This document shows positions 54,154 to 63,911 of a stretch of 64,000 bases of DNA, piece by piece. The stretch's first letter is position 1. The number at the start of each line of letters is the position of its first letter. Origin of the DNA: Planctomycetota bacterium (GTDB lineage Bacteria > Planctomycetota > UBA1135); assembly GCA_024229395.1 (NCBI GenBank), contig JAAESM010000050.1:58043-122042 (forward strand). Direction: 5' to 3'. A program made the position numbers and the translations under genes. The notes beneath the pieces were generated by a model that saw nothing but the letters and a program-made list of their open reading frames with translations, was not told where the DNA came from and searched no databases.

Positions 54154-55170
54154 CTAGTTGACGGCGCCGAGAAGCTCTTCCCGGTCCATGCCGATGCCCA
54201 GATCCAGATCACCGAGCTTGCGCTCGATCTCAGTTAGGACGGTCTGGCCAAGGTTCTTGATTGCCAGCAGTTCATCCGAGGTCTTGAAGACCAGGTCTTC
54301 GAGAATGCGGACTTCTGCGACGTCCAGGCAGTTACGTGCCCGGGTGGAAAGATCGAGCCGCTCAATCGGCTCATTAAGTAGACCGGCGACGCGCTCGCGG
54401 CGACGCTCAGCAGCTGCATCGACAGCTTGGACTTCTTCAACCACCGAACGACCCTGCATAGCGTTGTTGAACTGCACGAATGGGTTCAAGTGCTTGCGGA
54501 AGATCTTGGCGGCCTCGACCAAAGCCATCATGGGCTCGACGGTACCGTTGGTCCAGATTTCCAGGACTAGGCGATCGTAGTTGGTGAACTTACCGACACG
54601 AGTTGCCTCTACGCCGTAACGCACACGCAACACTGGGCTGTAAGCAGCATCCAATGGGATCAGGCCGACTTCGTCCATGGCCTCTCCGGTCTCATCGGCA
54701 GCGACGTAACCACGGCCACGACGCACGGTCAACTTGACCGACACCTTGGCAGAGGCACCGTTCAAGGTGCAGATGTGTAGATCCTTGTTGATGACCTCGA
54801 CGCCGGTTGGGCATTCGATGGACTCGGCAGTCACGACACCGTCGCCACTGGCTTCAAGGGTCAAGGTAACCGGTAGCTCAGCGGTCTCGACTTTCACGTA
54901 GAGACGCTTGAATGCCAACACCAACTCGGTGACATCTTCTACGACGCCATCGATGGAGCGGAACTCATGCTCGATGCCATCGATCTCGACTGCGGTGACC
55001 GCAGTGCCTTCGATGGAACCAAGCAGCACACGGCGCAAGCCGTTACCGATTGAATGGCCGAACCCCTGCTCGAAGGGTTCGATGAGGAATTTCCCATAAG
55101 AGTCGGTTGCGGTGGACTGCTCGTGCACCACACCGGAAGGAAGTTCAAAGTCACGCCAACGGATTCGCAT
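54154..55170 (-). CDS. rpoA: DNA-directed RNA polymerase alpha subunit
   Basis: GKFLIEPFEQGFGHSIGNGLRRVLL and a C-terminal alphaCTD. Confidence 0.95.
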   Translation of the reverse strand: MRIRWRDFELPSGVVHEQSTATDSYGKFLIEPFEQGFGHSIGNGLRRVLLGSIEGTAVTAVEIDGIEHEFRSIDGVVEDVTELVLAFKRLYVKVETAELPVTLTLEASGDGVVTAESIECPTGVEVINKDLHICTLNGASAKVSVKLTVRRGRGYVAADETGEAMDEVGLIPLDAAYSPVLRVRYGVEATRVGKFTNYDRLVLEIWTNGTVEPMMALVEAAKIFRKHLNPFVQFNNAMQGRSVVEEVQAVDAAAERRRERVAGLLNEPIERLDLSTRARNCLDVAEVRILEDLVFKTSDELLAIKNLGQTVLTEIERKLGDLDLGIGMDREELLGAVN

Positions 55171-55220
55171 GGTATCTGGATGGTTTGGGTTTCAGAACCT
55201 TGATGAAGGACCGACGTCGC

Positions 55221-55607
55221 TCAGACGCGACGCTTCTTCGGTGGGCGGCAGCCGTTGTGCGGCAGCGGCGTGAAATCCTCGATAGAGGTAATGCGCAAAC
55301 CACCATGGTTGAGACCACGGATTGCGCTTTCCCGGCCGGAGCCAGGGCCCTTGACGCGGACTTCCACTTCGCGAAGACCCATCTTGCATGCAGTTTCAGC
55401 TGCGCGAATGGCAGCCTGCTGTGCGGCAAAAGGAGTGGACTTGCGCGAGCCCTTGTAACCGACGTTGCCTGGGGAGCCCCAAGCGATCGTGTTACCTTTG
55501 GCGTCTGTCAAGGTGATGATGGTGTTGTTGAAAGTCGAACGAACGTAGGCGATGCCTCGGGCACCGACCTTCTTCAACTTCCGTTTGCTGCTGCGTGCTG
55601 CGCTCAT
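55221..55607 (-). CDS. rpsK: 30S ribosomal protein S11 (uS11)
   Basis: [18 protein letters not shown]...[13 protein letters not shown]. Confidence 0.95.
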   Translation of the reverse strand: MSAARSSKRKLKKVGARGIAYVRSTFNNTIITLTDAKGNTIAWGSPGNVGYKGSRKSTPFAAQQAAIRAAETACKMGLREVEVRVKGPGSGRESAIRGLNHGGLRITSIEDFTPLPHNGCRPPKKRRV

Positions 55608-55641
55608 GTCTTAATCTTTAAGCTTGTAGCCGATCAACCGG

Positions 55642-56025
55642 TTACTTCATGGACTTGACGGACTTCTTGCCAGCCACAGTCTTCTTGGGACCCTTACGGG
55701 AACGAGCATTGGTGCGAGTGCGCTGACCACGAGCCGGCAAGCCACGACGGTGGCGCAGGCCTCGGTAGCAAGCGATATCGCGGAGGCGGTTGATGGCTGC
55801 CGCGTTGGTACGCCGCAATACACCTTCTGCCAATAGGTTGCTTTCTGCGTAGCTGGCGATTGCGGCCAACTCTTCGTCAGAAAGTTCTTTTGCGCGACGA
55901 CTCTTGTCGAGGTTGAGGTCCTCGCAAATCTTGTTCGCCGTGGTATTACCAATACCAAAGAGGTAAGTAAGCGCAATTACTGTGCGCTTATCGTTAGGAA
56001 TGTCTACACCGATGAGACGTGGCAT
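55642..56025 (-). CDS. rpsM: 30S ribosomal protein S13 (uS13)
   Basis: MPRLIGVDIPNDKRTVIALTYLFGIG. Confidence 0.95.
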   Translation of the reverse strand: MPRLIGVDIPNDKRTVIALTYLFGIGNTTANKICEDLNLDKSRRAKELSDEELAAIASYAESNLLAEGVLRRTNAAAINRLRDIACYRGLRHRRGLPARGQRTRTNARSRKGPKKTVAGKKSVKSMK

Positions 56026-56062
56026 GATCTATTTCTGATTTCTCTTGGTAGGAAAACCCGGT

Positions 56063-56179
56063 TCAGCCCTGGACCTGCTTATGGCGAGGATCACGGCTGC
56101 AGATGACACGAACTTTGCCGTGGCGACGGATCACCTTGCAAGAGCCGCAAATGCGGCGGACGGAGGCGCGTACTTTCAT
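56063..56179 (-). CDS. rpmJ: 50S ribosomal protein L36 (bL36)
   Basis: Absent from the ORF track. The minus strand translates to [38 protein letters not shown] (38 aa). Confidence 0.9.
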   Translation of the reverse strand: MKVRASVRRICGSCKVIRRHGKVRVICSRDPRHKQVQG

Positions 56180-56208
56180 CTTCTTTCTGAGTTGTATCTT
56201 GGTTTGGC

Positions 56209-56454
56209 CTAGCGGCGACCACCGTAACGGCGACGACGTTCTCCTCGGTACACGATGCGGCAGCGAGTGAGATCGTAAGGCGACAATTCGATGGTTACTG
56301 TGTCCCCCGGAGTGATTCGGATGTAGTGCATCCTCATTTTTCCGGAGATGTGTGCCAGGATTTGCTGGCCGTTTTCAAGCTCAACGTTGAAAGTGGCGTT
56401 CGGGAGGGTCTCCCGGACAACCGCGGTCAACTTGATGGGCTCTTCTTTGGCCAT
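56209..56454 (-). CDS. infA: translation initiation factor IF-1
   Basis: [32 protein letters not shown]. Carries an Arg-rich C-terminal tail of about 9 aa. Confidence 0.93.
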   Translation of the reverse strand: MAKEEPIKLTAVVRETLPNATFNVELENGQQILAHISGKMRMHYIRITPGDTVTIELSPYDLTRCRIVYRGERRRRYGGRR

Positions 56455-56456
56455 GA

Positions 56457-57026
56457 TTAGGCCGATTCCTTTTGTGAGAGTACGGACTTCACGACCTGCG
56501 AGGTATCCTTTTGGATGGCCTCTACAGGGCGGTCTGCCTGTATTTCACGGAGTATTTTCTGGTCGCGGTAATACGCCACCAGAGGTTCGGTAGTCTCCCG
56601 GTAAACCGTGAGACGGTGCTGGATGACCTCTAAGGTGTCATCCTGGCGACCACGGCCTAACAAACGCCCTGTGAGGACGTCGTCGGAAGCCATGAAGTAT
56701 AGCGCGAGGCCGATTGAGCCGCTAGGGGCGGCTTTTCCGAGTTCCTCAGCTTGTGGCAAAGTGCGCGGGAAACCATCCAAGAGCAGAACATCGTCTGCTT
56801 TCAGTGATTCGATCCGTGCGACGACCAAACCGACCATGACCTCGTCAGGGACAAGATCTCCGCGGCTCATGTATTCGTTGGCCTTGAGGCCTAATTCAGA
56901 GCCCGCTGCTGCTTCTTGACGAAGCAACTCGCCGGTGGAGAGGTGGACCCAGCCATTGGCCTCTGCGGCCAACTCTGCTTGAGTTCCTTTCCCGACGCCG
57001 GGCGCACCTAGCAAGATGGCAATCAT
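56457..57026 (-). CDS. adk: adenylate kinase (short-lid type)
   Basis: P-loop [10 protein letters not shown]. 189 aa, with no zinc lid. Confidence 0.92.
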   Translation of the reverse strand: MIAILLGAPGVGKGTQAELAAEANGWVHLSTGELLRQEAAAGSELGLKANEYMSRGDLVPDEVMVGLVVARIESLKADDVLLLDGFPRTLPQAEELGKAAPSGSIGLALYFMASDDVLTGRLLGRGRQDDTLEVIQHRLTVYRETTEPLVAYYRDQKILREIQADRPVEAIQKDTSQVVKSVLSQKESA

Positions 57027-58327
57027 GTGCGTTTCTTGGTCCAGCTGCTCTTGCTGCCCTTCATGAAGCCATCGTAGTTACGCATGACCAATTGGGCATT
57101 GACGCGGTCCACCATGTCGAGGGCAACACCGACCACAATCAGGATCGAAGTACCACCGAGGAAGTAGGCAATCATTGGATCGACGTGCAAGTTGCCGATC
57201 AAGATGTTCGGCATGACGGCGATCACCGCGAGGAAGACCGAACCCGCGAGGGTAATGCGGTCAAGGACGAAGCTCAGGTACTCAGCGGTCGCCTTACCCG
57301 GGCGGATGCCAGGAATGAAGGAACCGTTCTCCTTGAGGTTCGTGGCAATCTCATCAGGCTGGAACATCAATCGCGTCCACATGAACGAGAAGAAGATAAT
57401 CATTGCCGTGTATGAGGCCAGGTATACGAAGCCGGAGTGGTTGAATGCACTCTGCAGCCAGCCGAATCCAGGCATCGCTCCCAGGACATTAGGCACGATG
57501 AACAACGCCGAAGCGAAGATGATCGGCATTACGCCTGCTTGGTTTACCTTCAGGGGCAAGTAGTGCTTCTGCCCCCCCATCACCTTACGCCCACGTGTGA
57601 GCTTGGCCTGCTGGATCGGAATCCGACGCTGACCACGGGTGAGATAAACCACCACGATGACAATCAAGAGCCACATCAGGCCGAGGGTTACTGCCAACTG
57701 GTGGCCGTCCTCGCGCATACTGAATGCCTTGGTAACCGTGGAAGGTAGGTTGGCAATAATGCCAGCCATAATGATCAACGAAACACCATTACCCATGCCG
57801 TATTCGGTGATCTGCTCACCGATCCACATGATAAAGATCGTGCCCGCGGTCAACGCCAGCATGATGGTCAAGGTGTAGAACAACGAACCGCCACCTGGCA
57901 TCAGGTTGAACGATGGGTTGTAGATCACGGCCTGCACTACGAACACCGACTGCAACAAGCAGATCGGCACAGTAGCCAGTCGTGTGAGTTGGCTAATCTT
58001 CTTTTGCCCGGATGCGCCTTCCTTGGAGAGGGCTTCGAGCGATGGAACCACCTTGGTGAGGAGGCTGAAGATAATCGATGCCGAGATATACGGCATGACC
58101 CCCAACGAGAACAATACGGCCTGACCAACACCGGCACCGGTGAAGGCGTTCATAATGCCGAACAATGCGTTTTCGTCGGCTTTGTTTGCGGCCACCGCTA
58201 CCTGCTCCAGGTCAATGCCTGGAAGAGGAATGTGGAAGCCTAAACGGTAGATGAACAGCAGCACGAAGGTGGTGATCAACTTCGAGCGCAGTTCAGGTAC
58301 GCGCAGAATGGTCAGGAACTTGTCCAT
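57023..58327 (-). CDS. secY: preprotein translocase subunit SecY
   Basis: 434 aa, 10-TM pattern, conserved position in the spc operon. Confidence 0.95.
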   Translation of the reverse strand: MDKFLTILRVPELRSKLITTFVLLFIYRLGFHIPLPGIDLEQVAVAANKADENALFGIMNAFTGAGVGQAVLFSLGVMPYISASIIFSLLTKVVPSLEALSKEGASGQKKISQLTRLATVPICLLQSVFVVQAVIYNPSFNLMPGGGSLFYTLTIMLALTAGTIFIMWIGEQITEYGMGNGVSLIIMAGIIANLPSTVTKAFSMREDGHQLAVTLGLMWLLIVIVVVYLTRGQRRIPIQQAKLTRGRKVMGGQKHYLPLKVNQAGVMPIIFASALFIVPNVLGAMPGFGWLQSAFNHSGFVYLASYTAMIIFFSFMWTRLMFQPDEIATNLKENGSFIPGIRPGKATAEYLSFVLDRITLAGSVFLAVIAVMPNILIGNLHVDPMIAYFLGGTSILIVVGVALDMVDRVNAQLVMRNYDGFMKGSKSSWTKKRT

Positions 58328-58336
58328 AGTTGGTGA

Positions 58337-58783
58337 TTAGGAAATCACTTCGACAGAGCCACCCGCCGCTTCGATTTTGCTCTTGGCGGAACCGGAGAAC
58401 TTGTGTGCCTTGACGGTGACCTTCGCAGAGATCTCGCCTTGGCCAAGGACCTTCAGCATGTCGCCGGTTTTACGGGCGAGGCCATGGTCCAGCACCGACT
58501 GGAGGTCAACGATGTCACCTTCACCGAATGCGGAGAGGGCTTCTACGTTTACCAAGGTGTAGTGCTTCTTGAAACGGGCGTTGGTAAAACCGCGCTTAGG
58601 CATACGGCGGAAGATCGGCATTTGACCGCCTTCGAAACCGATGCGTGGGTGGTCACCGGAACGGCTGCGTTGACCGTTGTGGCCACGTCCAGCAGTTTTA
58701 CCTTTACCGGAACCGACACCACGTCCGACGCGCTTGCGCTTATCGTGGTTGTTGCCCTGGGCTGTTACGTCGTGAATCTGCAT
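58337..58783 (-). CDS. rplO: 50S ribosomal protein L15 (uL15)
   Basis: KRVGRGVGSGKGKTAGRGHNGQ. Confidence 0.95.
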   Translation of the reverse strand: MQIHDVTAQGNNHDKRKRVGRGVGSGKGKTAGRGHNGQRSRSGDHPRIGFEGGQMPIFRRMPKRGFTNARFKKHYTLVNVEALSAFGEGDIVDLQSVLDHGLARKTGDMLKVLGQGEISAKVTVKAHKFSGSAKSKIEAAGGSVEVIS

Positions 58784-59295
58784 TAGATTTCAACTCCTCG
58801 TAGCTCAGCGATTTCCTCTTTAGTGCGGAGGGCGCCGAGAGCGACGATAGTAGCTTTAACAAGGTTGATTGGGTTGGTCGAGCCGTAGCACTTGGTGAGT
58901 ACGTCACGCACGCCAGCGAGCTCAAGTACTGCACGCACCGTGGAGCCAGCAATGATGCCGGTACCAGGGGAAGCAGGAATCAAGCGCACCTTCGAAGAGC
59001 AGTAGATGCCTTCGATCTCGTGCGGGATGGTGGTCTCAACGCGTGGAACGCGAACCAGATGCTTGCGGCCATCCTTGAAGGCCTTCTGCATGGCGGAAGG
59101 AATCTCCTTCGCCTTACCGAAGCCGAAGCCGACGATGCCATCCTGGTTACCGACTACAGTCAGCGCGGAGAAGGCAAAACGGCGGCCACCCTTGACGACT
59201 TTCGCCGACCGGTTGACCTTGACGCGCTCCTCTTTTAGCTCACCGAGCTTCTCTGCTTCGGTGCGATCGAGGAATTCAGGCAGTTTGTTGTACAT
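58783..59295 (-). CDS. rpsE: 30S ribosomal protein S5 (uS5)
   Basis: [27 protein letters not shown]. Confidence 0.95.
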   Translation of the reverse strand: MYNKLPEFLDRTEAEKLGELKEERVKVNRSAKVVKGGRRFAFSALTVVGNQDGIVGFGFGKAKEIPSAMQKAFKDGRKHLVRVPRVETTIPHEIEGIYCSSKVRLIPASPGTGIIAGSTVRAVLELAGVRDVLTKCYGSTNPINLVKATIVALGALRTKEEIAELRGVEI

Positions 59296-59307
59296 GTCTT
59301 ATTTCGC

Positions 59308-59682
59308 CTAGAACTTGAGGCCACCTTCACGAGCGGCATCGGCCAAGGCCTTCACGCGGCCATGATAGAGGTACCAAGAACGGTCGAACTTGACCGCCTC
59401 AATGCCAGCGGCTTTCGCACGCTCGGCAACGGTGTTGCCAATGACGACAGCACATTCAGTTTTGGTCTTGCCAGCACACTGGTCGCGCAGGGCGGCCTCT
59501 TGGGTACTAGCGGATGCCAAGGTCGTACCCGCAAGATCATCGATGACTTGCACCGAGATGTGCTTGGAGCTACGGAAGACGCTAAGCCGCGGATGATCCG
59601 AGGATGCGCCCAAACGGCGACGAACACCCATGGCCTTGCGCGAACGGCGCTTCCACTTTTTCTTCTGTTGGAGATGGTCCAT
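59308..59682 (-). CDS. rplR: 50S ribosomal protein L18 (uL18)
   Basis: [18 protein letters not shown]...[19 protein letters not shown]. Confidence 0.95.
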   Translation of the reverse strand: MDHLQQKKKWKRRSRKAMGVRRRLGASSDHPRLSVFRSSKHISVQVIDDLAGTTLASASTQEAALRDQCAGKTKTECAVVIGNTVAERAKAAGIEAVKFDRSWYLYHGRVKALADAAREGGLKF

Positions 59683-59684
59683 GA

Positions 59685-60227
59685 TTAGGCGAGGGACTTA
59701 CCAGCTTTGCGACGAACCATTTCGTCAGAGTAACGGATACCTTTGCCCTTATAAGGCTCAGGTGGACGGACGCGGCGAATGTTGGCAGCGAACTGTCCAA
59801 CGGCCTGCTTATCGATTCCGCTCACCACGATGGTGGTCGGGTTCGTGAGGGTGACAGCGACGCCTTCAGGAGGCATGCACTTCACCAGGTGACAGAAACC
59901 AATCTGCATCTCGATACCTTGGCCGGACGGCTTAGCGTTCCAACCTGTACCGTGGATCTCCAAGGTCTTGGAGTAACCTTCGGTCACACCGACCACCATG
60001 TTGGCGATGTGCGCGCGAACCAAACCGTGCAACGCCGAAGCGTTCTTCGGTGCACCAACGCCGGTCGTGGAGACACGGACGCTGTTGTCCTCGACCTCGA
60101 CCTTGACCTCTGGGAACACAGGGAAGGTCAATGAGCCTTTATCGCTCTTGACCTCGACACTGTTTGCCGAAGGGGTCACGGTGACGCCTGCAGGAATGGC
60201 GACTTCCTTTTTGCCGATTCGTGACAT
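59685..60227 (-). CDS. rplF: 50S ribosomal protein L6 (uL6)
   Basis: [17 protein letters not shown]...[11 protein letters not shown]. Confidence 0.95.
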   Translation of the reverse strand: MSRIGKKEVAIPAGVTVTPSANSVEVKSDKGSLTFPVFPEVKVEVEDNSVRVSTTGVGAPKNASALHGLVRAHIANMVVGVTEGYSKTLEIHGTGWNAKPSGQGIEMQIGFCHLVKCMPPEGVAVTLTNPTTIVVSGIDKQAVGQFAANIRRVRPPEPYKGKGIRYSDEMVRRKAGKSLA

Positions 60228-60230
60228 GGT

Positions 60231-60632
60231 CTAGAACAGGGTGCAGATGACTTCACCACCGACGCCGAGCTCACGGGCCTTGCGACCGCTCATGATGCCC
60301 TTCGAAGTAGTGATGATGGTGGTACCCAGACCGCGACGAACGATCGGGACGTTAGCGGCGTCGCGGTAAACGCGGCAACCAGGCTTGGAGATGCGAACCA
60401 CCTCTTGAAGCGAAGAGTTGCCGTCGCGGTCGTATTTCAGGTGGAGACGCAGGGTGCTGCGTGGTCCGCCTTCATCGACTACCTCGACGTCGGAAAGGTA
60501 ACCTTCCTCTTTCATGGTCAGAGCAATCAAGCTCTTCACACGCGAGGTTGGCATGTCCACCGACTTGCGGCGCACTTGGATTCCATTGCGAATCCGCGTG
60601 AGCATGTCGGCGATTGGGTCGGTCATTGTCAT
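60231..60632 (-). CDS. rpsH: 30S ribosomal protein S8 (uS8)
   Basis: DPIADMLTRIRNG. Confidence 0.95.
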   Translation of the reverse strand: MTMTDPIADMLTRIRNGIQVRRKSVDMPTSRVKSLIALTMKEEGYLSDVEVVDEGGPRSTLRLHLKYDRDGNSSLQEVVRISKPGCRVYRDAANVPIVRRGLGTTIITTSKGIMSGRKARELGVGGEVICTLF

Positions 60633-60664
60633 GATGAAAACTCCTTTTAGGAGGCAGTATCCCC

Positions 60665-60970
60665 CTACCAGGAGGACTTACGAACACCGGGGAGCTGGCC
60701 TTCGTGCGCCAAGCGACGCAGGACCAAGCGGGAGATACCGAAACGACGGGAGTAACCCTTCGGACGGCCGGTGATGGAACAACGGTTGTGCAAACGGACG
60801 CTGGAGGCGTCGCGTGGCATCTTCTGGATGCTCTTATAAGCTGCATCTTTCTCCTCGAGGGTTGCCTCGGGATTCTTGATGACTTTCACGAGCTCGGCAC
60901 GGCGAGCGGCGTGGGTTGCAACGAGACGCTGACGCTTCTTCTCGCGGTAAATTGCGCTGGTTTTTGCCAT
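60665..60970 (-). CDS. rpsN: 30S ribosomal protein S14 (uS14, long form)
   Basis: The internal ATG at 60970 gives MAKTSAIYREKKRQRL...RLHNRCSITGRPKGY (101 aa). Confidence 0.93.
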   Translation of the reverse strand: MAKTSAIYREKKRQRLVATHAARRAELVKVIKNPEATLEEKDAAYKSIQKMPRDASSVRLHNRCSITGRPKGYSRRFGISRLVLRRLAHEGQLPGVRKSSW

Positions 60971-60972
60971 GT

Positions 60973-61524
60973 CTAGTTCTCTTCGTTGCGGCGGCGGAAA
61001 GGCATGCCGAATCCTTCGAGAAGGGCGCGGCCCTCTTCGTCGGTGCAAGCAGTGTTGACGAAAGTGACGTTCATACCCTGTGGGAACTCCACGCGGTCGA
61101 GGTCAATCTCAGGGAAGAGGCTTTGCTCGGTGAGACCCAGGCTGAAGTTGCCGCGGCCGTCGAACTTGTCCTTGACGCCTTGGAAGTCACGAATACGAGG
61201 AAGAACCACTGAGATCAGACGGTCCATAAACTCGAACATGTGAGCTCCACGCAAGGTGGTGACACAGCCGATTGGCATGCCCTCACGCAAGCGGAAGTTT
61301 GCGACCGATTTGGTCGCGCGCTTGATCACCGCCTTCTGGCCGGTGATCTTGGTCAAATCCTTGGCGGCAGCCTCAACTGCCGCTTTGTTTTCAACCGCCT
61401 TCGAGACACCCATGCTGACCACGATCTTGGTCAGGCGAGGGATCTGATTGACGTTGCGGTAACCGAAGCGCTCTTTGAGGCTTGGTACTACCGTGTCCTT
61501 GTACTGGTCGCTTAGACGTGCCAT
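60973..61524 (-). CDS. rplE: 50S ribosomal protein L5 (uL5)
   Basis: Conserved uL5 sequence and operon position. Confidence 0.95.
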   Translation of the reverse strand: MARLSDQYKDTVVPSLKERFGYRNVNQIPRLTKIVVSMGVSKAVENKAAVEAAAKDLTKITGQKAVIKRATKSVANFRLREGMPIGCVTTLRGAHMFEFMDRLISVVLPRIRDFQGVKDKFDGRGNFSLGLTEQSLFPEIDLDRVEFPQGMNVTFVNTACTDEEGRALLEGFGMPFRRRNEEN

Positions 61525-61527
61525 GGA

Positions 61528-61836
61528 TTAATCAAACTTGGTGCCGCAGGGAACCCCGACACGAATCTTCTTGTCACCTTCGATGACACTCTTGGTACGG
61601 ACGCCTTTGCCAGCCTTCTCAGACCAGATGAGGACGTTAGATGCGGCGATCGGGAATTCCTTCTCGACCTTGCCACCTTCTGGGTTTGCTTGGGTCTTTT
61701 GCAGGTGCTTGACGCGAATGTTCACGCCTTCCACCAAAACGCGGTCAGTCTTATCGATCACTTTCATGACCTTGCCACGCTTACCCTTGTCGTTACCGGC
61801 AAGGATTTGGACCTCATCTCCTTGTTTAATGTGCAT
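61528..61836 (-). CDS. rplX: 50S ribosomal protein L24 (uL24)
   Basis: KQGDEVQILAGNDKGKRGKV (KOW motif). Confidence 0.95.
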   Translation of the reverse strand: MHIKQGDEVQILAGNDKGKRGKVMKVIDKTDRVLVEGVNIRVKHLQKTQANPEGGKVEKEFPIAASNVLIWSEKAGKGVRTKSVIEGDKKIRVGVPCGTKFD

Positions 61837-62204
61837 CAGACAACCTCCTGAGCCAACGAAACAATCTTCATGAAGTTGCGCTCACGAAGCTCCCGAGCCA
61901 CAGCTCCGAAGATACGCGTACCGCGCGGGTTATTCTCACCATCAACCAGGCAAAGGGCGTTGCCGTCGAACTTGACGTAGCTGCCATCCTTGCGACGGAC
62001 GCGCTGCTTCGTACGAACGATCACACCACGCACGACCTCACCGGTCTTGATGTCGGCACCTGGAGCAGACTTCTTCACAGAAGCTACGACCACGTCGCCG
62101 ATGCTGGCGAAGCGACGGCCTGAACCGCCCAACACCTTGATACACATGACTTCCTTGGCGCCGGAGTTATCGGCGACCTTCAGTCGGGTTTGCATCTGAA
62201 TCAT
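61836..62204 (-). CDS. rplN: 50S ribosomal protein L14 (uL14)
   Basis: [28 protein letters not shown]. Confidence 0.96.
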   Translation of the reverse strand: MIQMQTRLKVADNSGAKEVMCIKVLGGSGRRFASIGDVVVASVKKSAPGADIKTGEVVRGVIVRTKQRVRRKDGSYVKFDGNALCLVDGENNPRGTRIFGAVARELRERNFMKIVSLAQEVV

Positions 62205-62219
62205 CTTCTTAGCTTCCTA

Positions 62220-62498
62220 TCAGTCTTGTGGTGCTGTTTCGGTGATCTTGACCAGACGCCAGCACTTGTTTTTGCTGAGCGGACGTGTGCCCATGATCTC
62301 GACCTTATCCCCTAACTGTGCCTCGTTCTTCTCGTCATGAGCGTAGAACTTCTTACGGATGCGGATGGTCTTGCGATAAAGCGGGTGCTGCGAGGTCCGT
62401 TCGACCTCGACGGTGATGGTCTTGTCTGCCTTGTTGGCAATGACCTTGCCGTTGAGAACCTTGCGGGTTCCGCGGACTACTTCTTTCTCTTCAGTCAT
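62220..62498 (-). CDS. rpsQ: 30S ribosomal protein S17 (uS17)
   Basis: [18 protein letters not shown]...[13 protein letters not shown]. Confidence 0.95.
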   Translation of the reverse strand: MTEEKEVVRGTRKVLNGKVIANKADKTITVEVERTSQHPLYRKTIRIRKKFYAHDEKNEAQLGDKVEIMGTRPLSKNKCWRLVKITETAPQD

Positions 62499-62513
62499 CA
62501 GTAGATTCCTGCG

Positions 62514-62729
62514 TTAGCGCGATTCCTGACCGCGAATGCCGAGCTGGCGCTCCTGGAGGATCGTCTTCATCCGCGCGATATCGCGACGGTTACGACGAAT
62601 CTTGGATGGATCCGAATTGGCCTCAACCATGGAACGGAACCGTAGGTCAAACAACTCCTTCTCGAGCTGCTCGGTGTCGAAGCGGAGTTCCGCATCTTCT
62701 TTGCCGCGTACTTCGTTTGCTTTCATCAT
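62514..62729 (-). CDS. rpmC: 50S ribosomal protein L29 (uL29)
   Basis: The internal ATG at 62729 has a GGAG 4 nt upstream. ELR..T..L...L..LRF. Confidence 0.9.
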   Translation of the reverse strand: MMKANEVRGKEDAELRFDTEQLEKELFDLRFRSMVEANSDPSKIRRNRRDIARMKTILQERQLGIRGQESR

Positions 62730-62737
62730 TAACTCCG

Positions 62738-63244
62738 CTAGATGGTCTTCTTGGTGATCATGCGGCAACGGACTGGCATTTTGTGTGCCACGCGGTTGAA
62801 CGCAGTGCGGGCGGTTTCGATGTCGGTGCCGCCAATCTCGTAGATGACGGTTCCGGGTAGGACGACGGCGACCCAGCGATCTACATCGCCTTTACCGTTA
62901 CCCATTCGAACTTCTTGAGGCTTCTTGGTGACCGGCTTGTGTGGGAAGACGCGGATCCACATCCGGCCCTCACCCATTGCGCGGTTACAAGCAATACGAC
63001 CAGCCTCGATAGTGCGCGAGCTGAGCCAGCACCACTCCAAAGCCTGTAGGCCGTAATCACCAAAGCTGACGCGGTTGCCGCGGCTTGCTTCAGTGGTAGC
63101 GACTCGTTTGTTCGGCGTCTTGATTCCACGCCGGTGCATGTTGGAACCTGCAGGGCCTTTGCCGTCTGGCTTCTGGCACTTGTAAGTTCCTTTGATCTTG
63201 CCGCGTTGTACCTTCCGGTACTTCGTTCTTTTAGGCATCATCAT
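62738..63244 (-). CDS. rplP: 50S ribosomal protein L16 (uL16) with N-terminal-region insertion
   Basis: MMMPKRTKYRK...RGNRVSFGDYGLQALE...MGNGKG. 168 aa compared with about 137 aa typical. Confidence 0.93.
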   Translation of the reverse strand: MMMPKRTKYRKVQRGKIKGTYKCQKPDGKGPAGSNMHRRGIKTPNKRVATTEASRGNRVSFGDYGLQALEWCWLSSRTIEAGRIACNRAMGEGRMWIRVFPHKPVTKKPQEVRMGNGKGDVDRWVAVVLPGTVIYEIGGTDIETARTAFNRVAHKMPVRCRMITKKTI

Positions 63245-63276
63245 GGCTTTATTCTCCTGTTCCTAAACCGTGAGGT

Positions 63277-63909
63277 TTAGTCGCGGGTACGTTCTCCAGT
63301 GAAGATCCACACCTTCACACCGAGGATGCCGTAGCTGGTTTCAGCTTCAGCGAATCCGTAATCGATGCGTGCGGACAAAGTGGAAAGAGGTACCCGACCA
63401 GTGCGGGTCGTCATGGTGCGACTCATCTCCTTGCCATCGATACGGCCAGAGACTTGAATCTTTACGCCTTCAGCGCCAGCGTTCATGGTGTTCTCCATGA
63501 TGCGCTTCATCTGGAAGCGAGGCGAGATGCGACGCTCGATCGCAGCTGCAAGGTTCTCGGCGACGGTCTGGCTGTCCAGGTCCCAGTGACGGACTTCCTG
63601 GATGTCGAGCTTGATCTCCATGCCGGTGATCTTCTCGAGGTCAGCGACCAGTTGGTCACGCGTTGCGTAACCGCGACCGATCACTTCACCTTTGCGAGTC
63701 ACCAACAGACCAATGGTCATGCGATCACTGCGCTGCTGAATGTCGATGCGCGAGATGATTCCCTTGCGGAAACGCTTCTTGATGAGCTTACGGACGTTGT
63801 AGTCCATAAGAACCTTTGCGGGGTAATCCTTACCGCGAGCGAACCAGCGTGAGCGCCAAGGCTCGCTGATACCGATGCGGAATCCGATTGGGTGAATCTT
63901 CTGTCCCAT
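63277..63909 (-). CDS. rpsC: 30S ribosomal protein S3 (uS3)
   Basis: MGQKIHPIGFRIGI. KH domain. Confidence 0.95.
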   Translation of the reverse strand: MGQKIHPIGFRIGISEPWRSRWFARGKDYPAKVLMDYNVRKLIKKRFRKGIISRIDIQQRSDRMTIGLLVTRKGEVIGRGYATRDQLVADLEKITGMEIKLDIQEVRHWDLDSQTVAENLAAAIERRISPRFQMKRIMENTMNAGAEGVKIQVSGRIDGKEMSRTMTTRTGRVPLSTLSARIDYGFAEAETSYGILGVKVWIFTGERTRD

Positions 63910-63911
63910 GA

